A DNA stretch of 60,104 nucleotides, taken from a virus (lineage: Duplodnaviria; Caudoviricetes). The position numbers were made by a program, and so were the translations under genes. Positions 18,688-28,352 of this stretch are shown piece after piece (positions within the stretch are counted from its first letter, which is position 1; each line of letters starts with the position of its first letter). The notes under the pieces are model-generated. The model was given only the letters and a program-made list of their open reading frames with translations, searched no databases and had not been told where the DNA came from. The DNA lies in IMG/VR virus record IMGVR_UViG_3300030012_001141, positions 1-60,104 of that record. One strand, given 5' to 3'.

Positions 18688-19443
18688 ATGGTTAGCGTAC
18701 AGGCAGTATATAGAACATTACAAGATTTGGCTAATAAAGACCAAAAAGGCTTTATTACACCAGCTGTATTTAATCGTTTTGCGTCACTTGCTCAGATAAA
18801 CATATATAATGAGTTATTTCAAGAGCTAGTAAAAGCGAAGCAGATAAGTCGTCAGAACTTTGATCCAGGCAGAGATAAGTCAGTAAGAAAGCAGACACTT
18901 GAGGATTTAAGCGTTTTTATAGTTAGTGACAGATTGGTACAACCCGTTCAAGACAATATATTCTTAAAACCAGATAATTTATCTAAAATTATTTCAATGT
19001 CAACTGGAGGCAATACTAGAGCAGACATAGATTTTACTGTAGATACTCAGTATAGTAGGAAGGAAATAGAGATAATTTATGATACAGAAAAAATAGACAG
19101 AATCCTTACTAGCAACCTATCATCGCCAACACAAGATTATCCAGTAGCTTTAATATCAGAGGATATTGAAGTATTTCCATCTGGTATACAGAGCATTAGA
19201 CTAACGTATTATAGAAGGCCAGGATCGATTGATGTTGATGGAAATATTGTAGATGCTTCTCCAACTTATGTTGAGTCATCTTTAAATGGTATAAGTGTTT
19301 TCAATCCAGATGTTAGTTTAAACTTTATGTTGCCTTCTCACTATGATAATGAACTTGTTATGGAAATTGGTAAGTTAATTGGCGTAAGGCTTAGAGATCC
19401 TAACTTGACGGGATATACAATTAAAGAAGAAGCGACTGAATAA
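18688..19443 (+). CDS. Tail ring/adaptor (tubular) protein
   Basis: VYRTLQDLANKDQKGFITPAVFNRFA...AQ motif; start reassigned from 18637. Confidence 0.65.
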   Translation: MVSVQAVYRTLQDLANKDQKGFITPAVFNRFASLAQINIYNELFQELVKAKQISRQNFDPGRDKSVRKQTLEDLSVFIVSDRLVQPVQDNIFLKPDNLSKIISMSTGGNTRADIDFTVDTQYSRKEIEIIYDTEKIDRILTSNLSSPTQDYPVALISEDIEVFPSGIQSIRLTYYRRPGSIDVDGNIVDASPTYVESSLNGISVFNPDVSLNFMLPSHYDNELVMEIGKLIGVRLRDPNLTGYTIKEEATE

Positions 19444-20309
19444 TGAGTATGAATAAAGTAAAACTAAGTCAGATTATAAACGATTTTATAATTACATCTG
19501 ATAGCGATGATTACGTTAACAACGTATCAGACTCAGCTATTAGAAACTTTGCGCTACGAGGTATAAGAGAAATAGGATTTGATTTAGGTAAAAAAATAAA
19601 ATCTATAAAAAGAACTATAGACACTACAAATGATACAGTTGCTTTGCCTGATGATTTTGTAGACCTTCTAAAGGTTGGTATTGTAGGGGATGATGGTATG
19701 GTGCATGTTCTTAATAACAACAAACATATTAACTACTCTAGCAGAATAACTCAAGTTGATTCTGATGATGACGGAATTGTAGATAGCGACACTACTTTTA
19801 CTAGCGCCAGTAATACAGGTCCTTTAAATATAGATGCTAACTTAATATTAAATAGAGAGCCATCTAAAAGTTCAACCACAGGGGCTACAGAGAACTCTGA
19901 TGACTACGATTTCTATTTATTTGAAAATTACCTTCATCAAGGAGGTTTAGGTCGTTTATACGGCGTTGGAGGAGGTTATGCTGTAGGCGAATATAGACTA
20001 AATCTTGATGATAATAGGATTGAGATAAAGATGGAAAGTTCAGGGTCAGAAGTAGTATTAGAATATATAGCCGATGAAGCTAGATCTACAGATCCAGAAG
20101 TACACGTTTATGCTGAAGAAGCACTACGTTGCTACATCTACTACAAATCTATTGAAAGAAAATCTAGTGTACCAGCTAATGAAAAAGCTAGAGCTAGGTC
20201 TGAATTCTATAACGAAAGACGAAAAGCAAATGCTAGACTTAGTAACTTTACAAAGCAAGAAGCATTAGCTACTATTCGTAGAAACTTTAAGCAAGCGCCT
20301 AAATACTAA
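19443..20309 (+). CDS. Tail ring/tubular protein
   Basis: ALRGIREIGFD, LPDDFVD, VVLEYIAD, AEEALRCYI motifs; precedes stabilisation protein. Confidence 0.65.
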   Translation: MSMNKVKLSQIINDFIITSDSDDYVNNVSDSAIRNFALRGIREIGFDLGKKIKSIKRTIDTTNDTVALPDDFVDLLKVGIVGDDGMVHVLNNNKHINYSSRITQVDSDDDGIVDSDTTFTSASNTGPLNIDANLILNREPSKSSTTGATENSDDYDFYLFENYLHQGGLGRLYGVGGGYAVGEYRLNLDDNRIEIKMESSGSEVVLEYIADEARSTDPEVHVYAEEALRCYIYYKSIERKSSVPANEKARARSEFYNERRKANARLSNFTKQEALATIRRNFKQAPKY

Positions 20310-23300
20310 TGGCTATTAATAAAATCATACCTGTCAGACTAGATAAATCGTCTGACTTTAAGCGCATCCCTTCGACGAGCATGATCGATGCTCTCAATAT
20401 GATTATTACAGAAGACGATTCTTTAGGTGCTAATGATAACGTAGGTGATCTTGGTGTTATTAAAAATGTAAAAGGTAATACTGCAATTACAATAAGAAAC
20501 CCAGAAGATGAACCAGCTCCAGGCGAAGTTAAAATTATTGGTAGTGTAACTGATACGAAGTTAAAAATTATATACTTCTTCCTTTGGCACGAACAACCAA
20601 GCGAGCATGGAGTGTGGGCATACGATCCTTACGGTAAATTACCGCTTGCTGCTCAACCAAATACGATTAGATTAATACATAAGTCTAGTTTATATAATTT
20701 TCCAGAAGACGGATTTGTTAAAGGAGATATTATATACACGGCTCAAACTGTGTTAAACGATTCTCAAAAAAATACTGATGAGTTTGAAAAAGACACTATA
20801 CTGTATTTTACAGACAACAAGAACGAGCCTAAAAAGATAAACATATCTTCAGCTTTACTGAGTACGGATGCTATCTACAATGAAGAAGATCGGATAGACT
20901 TTATTACTGCATGCCCTAGAACCCCACTACATCCAATAACTTTTGAGTTTATTAGCGATCCGTCTAGAGGTGTAAGCAACTTTAAAAGCGGTCCAGGGTT
21001 TCAGTTTGCATATCAATTTATATATAGAGATGGCGTAGAAACAGCTATATCTCCTTACTCTGATATTGCATTTTCTCCTGGAATAATAAATCAAGGGACC
21101 TTAACAAACGTAAATCATAACGCACACAATACTTGTGAACTAACTATCCCCGAAGCTGGTGAAGAAATAGTTAGTGTTAAGATACTTGCTAGAGAATTTA
21201 ACAATCCTTTCATGGTTGTTTTAGACGAAGTAGATTGGGACACACCTGACGAATATTGGAATCCAACATCTAGAAAGTATAGATTTTATAACGACAGAAT
21301 AGTTAAAGGTGTAAGCACAAACGAGTTTAACAAGCAGTACGATAATTTACCTAAAGTAGCTCAAGCGCAAGCTGTTGTAGATAATAGGCTTATGTATGGC
21401 AACTTCCTTGAAGGATTTGATAATGTAAAAACTGAATGTCAAGCAAGAGTAAAGTTTCAAGACAGACCGTCTGAAGGATTTAATTTTCAGTTAAATCTTA
21501 TTCCAGCTATATCTCAAGTTAGGCATCCAGAAATTGCAAATTTAGAGAGTTTTGAAGATAGAAGAAGTGCATTTATTGGTTCAGATATATATGGAATAAA
21601 CAAGTGTGCTGGATTTATACTAGATACAGCTGACGTACCTAACTTTATACCAGCCTATACAACAATTAGTATTACTATAGTTTTTTCTCCAGATAAAAAC
21701 TTTCACTTATACGATGTTACAAACTCATATCATCAATCAAAGCATAGAGGAGGATTTTCTCAATACAACGAAAACGAAATAATTTATCCTCCAAACTACT
21801 CGAATTCACCTTTATACAATGATAACCCCTTTGAAGGTGGAGATTATTCCCACCAAGGAGATCATCATTCTGGAGAGCAATGGATAAAAGAAACTGTTTT
21901 TAATAACGACAACTTTGTAAATGTCCAAGTTCCAACGGGTGATAACAATATTGAATACCTTTGGGGTGTACCATACTCTGGAGACAATAATGGTTTATCC
22001 GCTAATGCTGATGGAGGAGTTAATCTTGGGTTAAGATGGAAGACTAAGTTTGGACCTAACGCTGGAGCTGAATTTCCTGTATCAATAGGGACTAGTGCTG
22101 GTAATCCTTTAATCCTCTCAGGGCCTCAGGATGGCTCTATTACTTTTTCTTGTTCATTTATGATGGGTGCTAACGGGGTAGATACAGATGGAGCTGGTAA
22201 GGCAGCTGTGAGCACGATTGTAGCTAACCTATTAAGCGGAGGTCCCGAAGCAATTACTTGGAGTGGAGGTTTAGAAAGTGGTTTTATTGATAATGTAGTT
22301 CTTGAAAACGATGGGAAGTTTGTTCATGAATTTGATTTAGGCCTTCAAAACGGAGATAAAGTAACAAGATTTGATGATTACAACGACTTGGTATGCGGAG
22401 CAGTAAACGCTAACAGTGATGAAATATTCAGACCTCCTGTAGCTCATTTTATTGTCAACAAAGCTAAGGTAGTATTTTCTTTTGAGAAAGATGTGTATTA
22501 CTCTGAACTAAACGACGATAGAGAGATGATAAGGCTTGTAGTTGACGAGATATCTGATATAGAAGCAGTCACAGTTGTTAAGAAGTGGTTTAGAAATACA
22601 GCCTGGACGGTGCTTACAAAAGAATTCCTAACTAGTGATTTTACTGATCAACAGTTCTTTGATCTTACATCTGTGGGTGGAACTACTTTTGCAGGACTTT
22701 CAGAACAAAACGATATAACTGATTTTGACTGGAACTATTTAAATACTAATACGATGTACTTTCCAGGTATTGTAGGGTATTACATTTATCCTGTTATGCA
22801 GCAAAATATTGATATTTTGAGTGGGATGGTATTTTTGGGGTATCTGGACTTTACTCAAGATGGAATTCAGAACGATTTCTTTAATTACAATAAATCTATA
22901 GCTGCAGCAGAAAATCCAGGAGAAATAGAATTATTTCCTTTCTCTTTATTAGATGGAGAAGGTGGTCCTGGCTCGGATTTACCTTTTATGGGACAGGGTA
23001 ACTACGAAAATTTTGTTAATCACGGAGGGTCTGATTTTCGAATTGTAGGACAGTCGGGTAATGTTTCTCATAGAAATGTTGCGGTTGCGGGGCCAATATT
23101 TACAGGAACAATTAACACTAGACCTATAAGACATGCTGGAGATACAAATCTTCTCGATGAAGGTATTACTATATCAGCCTATCTGCTTGACAGTGCTACT
23201 GATACTCCAGAAGTGAGAAATAGAAGTTATTTACCTTTATTACAAGGGTCAGCAGAGTCAGGTCTTGATTTTATGGCTGATGATTTTAACTTTTATTCAA

Positions 23301-26275
23301 CAAGGTTTTACTCTAATGCTCCTGGTCTTTACACAATAAATGATGATTTAACATTTATATTGAATTTTGGTAAAAAACATTCTCATATGGAGGTGTATGA
23401 AACCATAACAACAGTTGGCAGTATAGACAGTGATTATGATAGAACATTTAAAAGTAGCGCAAATCACGACTTTGGCATTATATACTACGATCAAAGAGGC
23501 AGACATGGTTTCGTTAATTTCTTAAAAACTGTTTATGTTCCTGGATACTCTTCTTCAGAGAGGGGAACTCAGTTGCATGGTAGAAGTTTTATAGAATTAG
23601 ATATATATCACGATCCACCAGAGTGGGCTACTCATTTTAAGATAGCGTATACTAAGAACACGACTGTACAGAACTTTTTTCAATACTCATCTGGAGGTGC
23701 GTTTGTTAAGCCAGAATCAGATAATTTAATTGTACCAGACAAAACAATATACATATCTTTAAATTACCTTCAGCAGAATCCTATATCATACGTAGGTCAT
23801 TGGGGTGCTAGAGATCCAGAGGGAGGGTTAAGTATGTTTAAGTTTATTGAAGGTGCAAATCAAAGACTTAGAGTTATTTCTGCATATATAGATAGTCAGA
23901 ATAGAATATACCCTACCAATTTTGAATTTGATATAACAGATATTATTTTATTAGAAGATAATCAAGATAATCCTTTATTATTGGATGGTGAAGATATTAC
24001 TACAAATCCTGAAAAAATAGGTGAGTTTGTTGTTTTAAAAGACAACTCTAACGCTGATGGATTTGATTTTCAGTCTATAGTTCAAAATCAACATTACTGG
24101 AATAACAACTGTATATTTGAACTATACACGCAGAAGAGAACAACGGAAGCTGACGAGAGGTTCTATTATGAGATAGATGATACTCACAAAATATTTACAT
24201 CGCCTGAAGGTGATAGGTATCATTTAGAATCTCAGTATGAAGGTGATTTAAGTTACTCTAGAATAACTCTACACAAAGGAGACGTATGGTGGAGAAGAGT
24301 ACCTACTAACTTTAATCATTATGTTGGTAATCAAGAATTTGTTGATTTAATACAAGCTGAGGACTCTGGACCTAACTTTGTACCGTATTATCTAGAGACA
24401 GAGACAGCATCTGATTTATTTAAAGCTGACGCATCAACAATAGGAAGGCCTAATATTATCTTAGAAGATGCTGTTGAAACTAGAAGGGAGGCCACTATTA
24501 CTTTCTCAGGTCAGAGCAATCCTAATTCTAGAAGAATAAACTACTCTTCGTTTAATCTTACGTTAAGCAATTTCAAAGATCTTCAGCAAGAGTTTGGGGA
24601 TATAAACTTTATTTGCAATATGTCTGGTGACGTATTTGTAGTTCAATCTGACAGGTGTACGTTAGTCCCAGCAAGTAAAACTTTATTCTCTGACGTTCAG
24701 GGTATAGACACTGTAGCTGCGTCAAAGAGTCCTTTAGGCCAAGAGAGGGTGTTTACAGGTAGAGCTGGTTGTGATAATAATCCAGAATCTGTAGTTCAAG
24801 TTGGTCCTTATGTTTACTTCGCTCACAAAACTTTAGGTAAAGTCTTTAGATTCGACCCACAGAATGGTGTAAAAGAGATATCTGATCAAGGTATGGCATC
24901 ATTCTTTAGAGATTTATTTAAAAGAGCATTACAAAGTTCTCAGGATATAAAAGGTGACGACATCAGAGTTGTTGGTGGTTATGATCCAGTTCAGGATGAA
25001 TACTTACTTACAGTTCTTTTTGAACAGGGGTTAGCTGTTGATGAAGATGTAATTATAGAAGAAGAAGATGAAAACGATTATGAAGGAGATACTAGTGATA
25101 TTATCCCAATTACAGATATAATTCACTTTGGAGAATTTAATGGTGGTATAGCTGCTGCTTTAACTCAATCTGTAGATTTTGGTGATGTAGAGAGGCTAGA
25201 TGTAAACAATAAATCTCAGACATTTGTCATTACAAATGCTGGAGATCAAGATGTTATTATAAATTTAAGACCTAGATATGCTCAAAGGTTTTACAGCAAT
25301 TCAAAATCTATAGATGTTCCGTATAATCTTGGTAGATACTGGAACCCTGCTTTTGTCAACATAGTTAACGAAGCAGGAGAGGTACAGATATCTTCAAGCA
25401 GTACAGGTGGGGGAACTGTAATACCAGCTAATTCATCTCATACATTTACGATAAACATAAATGTAAACAACGCAAATCATAATGGATTAACTGCCAACTG
25501 GTGGGGAACTGGTGCAGGGATGCTACCTTTTGAGCTGCAGGGTGGTATGACTACAAATGAAGAATACCTTCTTGAAAGATATGGTACGACAAAACGTAAT
25601 TTAACGGGTGAACAAAGATTGAGTTTAGCTAACTTAGAAGTTAACCCTACTGAAATAAGCGCTGAATATAATGTAGAATTTTATTTTAACGCTTACGATA
25701 TGAATGGTAATATATTAAATCCTCAGTTCGGTAGTCCAAACGAAGGTGCTGTTTTATGGCCGTACTGGGTTAATAGAATGATTTACAAGGTAACGGAACC
25801 TATCTCTCTGGAAGGTTTCGCAAACCCTGCAGCAGACATAAATAACGATGGTACTGTAGGTTCTTCAGATTTACTGGAGGTGTTGTCTCAATTTGGGGAC
25901 ATTGGTGATGATCTATCAGCAGACATTAATGGAGATGGAGCTGTTACGGTTTCAGACCTTCTTGAGTTTTTACAAAACTACGGTCAAATTGCTGACGAGG
26001 TTGGATACCTTCAAAGTATAGCTCCTCCGCTTGACTTACAAAGTTTCGCTGCATATTTAAACGAAGTATTGACGTTTAGTATTGGTGATGACACCAGCTC
26101 TGCAGTAACTTATACAGACTTATTAAATATAAATCAACTGGCATCATACCAGATATTATCCATAGATTATCCAGAGGTTTTGGCCTTTGTGATCGAATCT
26201 GATATTCCCTCAACTCTTGAAAACATGTCTCTGATATACTTTACTGATCAAGACGGAGAACCAATTAACTTATAA
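20309..26275 (+). CDS. Tail stabilisation/muzzle protein (P22 gp10-like), N-terminal part, with C-terminal Ig-like and dockerin-like domains
   Basis: LYFTDNKNEPKKIN, FQFAYQFIY, NRLMYGNF, FGIIYYDQRGR, VVGGYDP motifs; C-terminal DINNDG and DINGDG pair. Confidence 0.75.
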   Translation: MAINKIIPVRLDKSSDFKRIPSTSMIDALNMIITEDDSLGANDNVGDLGVIKNVKGNTAITIRNPEDEPAPGEVKIIGSVTDTKLKIIYFFLWHEQPSEHGVWAYDPYGKLPLAAQPNTIRLIHKSSLYNFPEDGFVKGDIIYTAQTVLNDSQKNTDEFEKDTILYFTDNKNEPKKINISSALLSTDAIYNEEDRIDFITACPRTPLHPITFEFISDPSRGVSNFKSGPGFQFAYQFIYRDGVETAISPYSDIAFSPGIINQGTLTNVNHNAHNTCELTIPEAGEEIVSVKILAREFNNPFMVVLDEVDWDTPDEYWNPTSRKYRFYNDRIVKGVSTNEFNKQYDNLPKVAQAQAVVDNRLMYGNFLEGFDNVKTECQARVKFQDRPSEGFNFQLNLIPAISQVRHPEIANLESFEDRRSAFIGSDIYGINKCAGFILDTADVPNFIPAYTTISITIVFSPDKNFHLYDVTNSYHQSKHRGGFSQYNENEIIYPPNYSNSPLYNDNPFEGGDYSHQGDHHSGEQWIKETVFNNDNFVNVQVPTGDNNIEYLWGVPYSGDNNGLSANADGGVNLGLRWKTKFGPNAGAEFPVSIGTSAGNPLILSGPQDGSITFSCSFMMGANGVDTDGAGKAAVSTIVANLLSGGPEAITWSGGLESGFIDNVVLENDGKFVHEFDLGLQNGDKVTRFDDYNDLVCGAVNANSDEIFRPPVAHFIVNKAKVVFSFEKDVYYSELNDDREMIRLVVDEISDIEAVTVVKKWFRNTAWTVLTKEFLTSDFTDQQFFDLTSVGGTTFAGLSEQNDITDFDWNYLNTNTMYFPGIVGYYIYPVMQQNIDILSGMVFLGYLDFTQDGIQNDFFNYNKSIAAAENPGEIELFPFSLLDGEGGPGSDLPFMGQGNYENFVNHGGSDFRIVGQSGNVSHRNVAVAGPIFTGTINTRPIRHAGDTNLLDEGITISAYLLDSATDTPEVRNRSYLPLLQGSAESGLDFMADDFNFYSTRFYSNAPGLYTINDDLTFILNFGKKHSHMEVYETITTVGSIDSDYDRTFKSSANHDFGIIYYDQRGRHGFVNFLKTVYVPGYSSSERGTQLHGRSFIELDIYHDPPEWATHFKIAYTKNTTVQNFFQYSSGGAFVKPESDNLIVPDKTIYISLNYLQQNPISYVGHWGARDPEGGLSMFKFIEGANQRLRVISAYIDSQNRIYPTNFEFDITDIILLEDNQDNPLLLDGEDITTNPEKIGEFVVLKDNSNADGFDFQSIVQNQHYWNNNCIFELYTQKRTTEADERFYYEIDDTHKIFTSPEGDRYHLESQYEGDLSYSRITLHKGDVWWRRVPTNFNHYVGNQEFVDLIQAEDSGPNFVPYYLETETASDLFKADASTIGRPNIILEDAVETRREATITFSGQSNPNSRRINYSSFNLTLSNFKDLQQEFGDINFICNMSGDVFVVQSDRCTLVPASKTLFSDVQGIDTVAASKSPLGQERVFTGRAGCDNNPESVVQVGPYVYFAHKTLGKVFRFDPQNGVKEISDQGMASFFRDLFKRALQSSQDIKGDDIRVVGGYDPVQDEYLLTVLFEQGLAVDEDVIIEEEDENDYEGDTSDIIPITDIIHFGEFNGGIAAALTQSVDFGDVERLDVNNKSQTFVITNAGDQDVIINLRPRYAQRFYSNSKSIDVPYNLGRYWNPAFVNIVNEAGEVQISSSSTGGGTVIPANSSHTFTININVNNANHNGLTANWWGTGAGMLPFELQGGMTTNEEYLLERYGTTKRNLTGEQRLSLANLEVNPTEISAEYNVEFYFNAYDMNGNILNPQFGSPNEGAVLWPYWVNRMIYKVTEPISLEGFANPAADINNDGTVGSSDLLEVLSQFGDIGDDLSADINGDGAVTVSDLLEFLQNYGQIADEVGYLQSIAPPLDLQSFAAYLNEVLTFSIGDDTSSAVTYTDLLNINQLASYQILSIDYPEVLAFVIESDIPSTLENMSLIYFTDQDGEPINL

Positions 26276-26277
26276 CG

Positions 26278-27288
26278 ATGGCTTATTTTGAAGGACAAAC
26301 ATTAGCATTTTCACATAAAGGTGGGTTTTGGAAAACTAGATACAGTTTTACGCCTACGTGTTATGCTTCTGTAGATAATAAATTTATTTCTACTAACGGT
26401 AAACATCCTGACGCTGATGAAGAGACAGATGATGTTAACTTCTGGATGCATGAGTCTAATACGAGACACAACAATTTTTATGGAAAGGACTTCCCATCTA
26501 GGGTTATTGTGGTTGCAAACAATACTCCGAGCTCTGTAAAGCTATTTAAAGCGCTCTCTATTGAAAGCAATTCTAATGAATGGACGGGGATGTGCAGCAC
26601 TAACATAAACCCGTTAGGAAGCCCTCAAAATGATCTTCAAATGGGTGATATAAAGGAATTTACAACTAAAGAAGGTACTCAATATGCAGAATTGCCAAGA
26701 GATTTATCCAACTCAGACAGCAATGTTGATTATTGCTGCAGGATTGATGTTATTATAGATGATAATACGTCTTTTGATGCTAACATCCCTGAGGGTTTGG
26801 TGCAACCAGTTTCTGCTACATTCAGAGCTAATCTTTTAGGTTCACCGCCTGCAGTTTCTGTTAACGGAGGTGAAGGTGTAGCTTTATTCTTTGACGGTGA
26901 AACTTTTAGATACTTCAATATGAATGGAGAAGTATTTACATACACCACTTATAATGAAGCTGTAAGCAACAATGCAGTATATGTTGAGTTTTACGATGGA
27001 GTAGATCGAGATGTTGTATTTACGGGTAGATTGTCGCAACCTAACTTTGATGCAAATCAACTGTCTGAAGCTGTAGCTAATATAGGGACTTCAGTATATG
27101 TAGTATCTAATCCAGATGTTAATGGTGATCCAATGAGAGGTCATTATATATATTTAGATCTTACAAACAACTCTAGGTATTCAGTAGAAACATATGCCAT
27201 TAATGTAGATTTTGAACCCACTAAGCTTGATGCTTCGATTGTTAGAGGGGCAAAAGCAACTAAAACTACTAGAGCCAGTAAGAAGTAA
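26278..27288 (+). CDS. Tail stabilisation protein C-terminal-like portion encoded as a separate gene
   Basis: TLAFSHKGGFWKTRYSFTP...HNNFYG...KLFKALSIE...KEG motifs. Confidence 0.6.
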   Translation: MAYFEGQTLAFSHKGGFWKTRYSFTPTCYASVDNKFISTNGKHPDADEETDDVNFWMHESNTRHNNFYGKDFPSRVIVVANNTPSSVKLFKALSIESNSNEWTGMCSTNINPLGSPQNDLQMGDIKEFTTKEGTQYAELPRDLSNSDSNVDYCCRIDVIIDDNTSFDANIPEGLVQPVSATFRANLLGSPPAVSVNGGEGVALFFDGETFRYFNMNGEVFTYTTYNEAVSNNAVYVEFYDGVDRDVVFTGRLSQPNFDANQLSEAVANIGTSVYVVSNPDVNGDPMRGHYIYLDLTNNSRYSVETYAINVDFEPTKLDASIVRGAKATKTTRASKK

Positions 27289-27300
27289 CGATTTTTTTAG

Positions 27301-27308
27301 TATTTTTG
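27301..27308 (+). promoter_or_regulatory. -7 promoter element for the ejection-protein operon
   Basis: TATTTTTG upstream of ATG 27336. Confidence 0.5.
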
Positions 27309-27335
27309 TACAAACTGTAATATTATAAAGAAAAC

Positions 27336-28352
27336 ATGGGTTTTGATCCTTCATCATCTGATTTTGCAGCTATAGCTAGTGGACTTGGAGTTACAGCTGG
27401 TGGTTTTGCAGATTTATTTCCTGCAAAAAGAATAGCAGCTCAGCAAGCGCTTCAGGATGCCGCTAAGGAGGATATTGATGCATTTTTTGAAAAGCTAGAG
27501 AGTGGTGAATTTGATCAACAGATAGATCCAGCTTTACTACAGGCTTTTAGTATGACAAGGAGAAAGACGGATGTCACTCCACAGCTGTCTGCTTTGGCTA
27601 CTAGCTTAGATGCTGCTTCTACAGATCCTAGGCTTCTTGCTAGCTCGATTCCTGGTATTACTGGTCAGTACTCTCAAGTAATGGATGATATTTCAAGAAA
27701 GGATTTTGAAAGAGAGTTTGCGGGAAAACAATTTGAAGGAACAACTAGACAAAATATTGCAGCGGATAATTTACAATTAAGAAGAGATATATTCCAAGAT
27801 AAATTGGCTAGTGATCAATTAGCTTATTCTACGGCTCAAGACAATATAACAGCTCTTAATGAAGCTAAAGCTCAAGCAATACCTAACATTCTTTCTGGAT
27901 TAGGACAAACTACTTTGGGTGTGATTAGTGCTTTTGGTAAAGATGGAACTAAAATACCTGAGTACGAAATGGGCGGTGATGTTATGAGTCAAATTATGGG
28001 GGCTCAACAAGAAGGTGAAATTCCTGCAAGACAGGACTTACCAGGACCTGAAGATCACGATAAAAATCCTATCGATATGATAGCTCCTAACGGAGAAAAG
28101 GTAGGGGAAGCTACTGGTGGAGAAATAATCCTTAATAGTGAACAGACTGATAAGATAGAAGATGCTGTTGAGGTTATAGACGAGACTGTAAAGTCTGGTG
28201 AAAAACCTACAATGGATCAGCTTATGGCGCTATATGAGGCTGTAAGTAAAACTTTATCTCAACCTCAATTCCAAGACAGTGAAGAATCTTCTGAAAAGGA
28301 CATGATGAGACAAAGAATGGAGATGATGATGTCTGGAAAACAAATGGCATAA
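27336..28352 (+). CDS. Probable internal virion (ejection/cargo) protein
   Basis: A/Q-rich helices, Gly-rich hydrophobic segments, PGPEDHDKNPI...EATGGE motif; position after tail genes. Confidence 0.55.
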   Translation: MGFDPSSSDFAAIASGLGVTAGGFADLFPAKRIAAQQALQDAAKEDIDAFFEKLESGEFDQQIDPALLQAFSMTRRKTDVTPQLSALATSLDAASTDPRLLASSIPGITGQYSQVMDDISRKDFEREFAGKQFEGTTRQNIAADNLQLRRDIFQDKLASDQLAYSTAQDNITALNEAKAQAIPNILSGLGQTTLGVISAFGKDGTKIPEYEMGGDVMSQIMGAQQEGEIPARQDLPGPEDHDKNPIDMIAPNGEKVGEATGGEIILNSEQTDKIEDAVEVIDETVKSGEKPTMDQLMALYEAVSKTLSQPQFQDSEESSEKDMMRQRMEMMMSGKQMA

